Assembly (NCBI GenBank): GCA_004431415.1
Contig: QPMI01000601.1
Location: 286,628 to 350,627, forward strand
Length of the DNA: 64,000 nucleotides
From: Cyanophora paradoxa CCMP329
Lineage: Eukaryota; Plantae; Glaucophyta
Direction of reading: 5' to 3'
Below are positions 63,867 to 64,000 of the stretch, piece after piece; position 1 is the first letter of the stretch, and each line of letters opens with the position of its first letter. The notes beneath the pieces are model-generated. The model did no database searches and was not told where the DNA came from. It worked only from the letters and a program-made list of their open reading frames with translations. The position numbers and the translations under genes were made by a program.

Positions 63867-64000
63867 GACTCGTGTCGCCCAGGCCCACGACCTCGTGCGG
63901 ACGACGTGGCGGGCGGAGGACGGGGCCGCCTCGCCAACGCACGCGCACCCCCCCGCCCCCGCCCCCGCCCCACTCCTGATCCAAAGATAGATGCTCTCGG
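61917..64000 (+). CDS. Hypothetical proline-rich spliced protein, probably continuing past the window end
   Basis: Exon-like segments AEFKAVQISLLR, ATALFFDVAPNEELKLRLP, MVSSWLEPAYGPLGRDRVLLRFSLP, TFSDLNISSPPEDEGEQTVHRILL, FQFRSDEERRAFAQRVED, separated by typical C-rich introns. Confidence 0.55.

Overview
Eukaryotic, extremely GC-rich, gene-dense genomic DNA from a protist or alga. It is reminiscent of a glaucophyte such as Cyanophora, but that cannot be verified from sequence. Genes are broken by many short introns (about 50-140 nt), so the six-frame ORF track is mostly misleading; I reconstructed about 20 spliced genes by hand. Recognisable genes: ATG7 (5' part), AIM25/scramblase, an AT-hook + chromodomain protein, isovaleryl-CoA dehydrogenase, an F-box/LRR-like protein, a triple Raw/NDT-like repeat protein, an RCC1-repeat protein, a Plus3-domain protein, a disrupted IPT/TIG gene, a ZGRF1-like SF1 helicase, MED23, MAP65/Ase1/PRC1, a TPR protein, an AT-hook protein and a 10-unit polyubiquitin with an intron in every unit. 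Top observation: the F-box/LRR gene carries an internal ubiquitin C-terminus fused in exact register to a histone H3 N-terminal tail (LRLRGG|ARAKQTARKSTGGKAPRRPL), suggesting a histone mimic unmasked by deubiquitinase cleavage. Also notable are very frequent GC-AG introns, introns with C-rich 5' and G-rich 3' halves instead of a polypyrimidine tract, a sense-strand intronic GTACCCC motif, and repeated head-to-head gene pairs. Homology calls come from remembered motifs, not database searches, and exon boundaries are manual.
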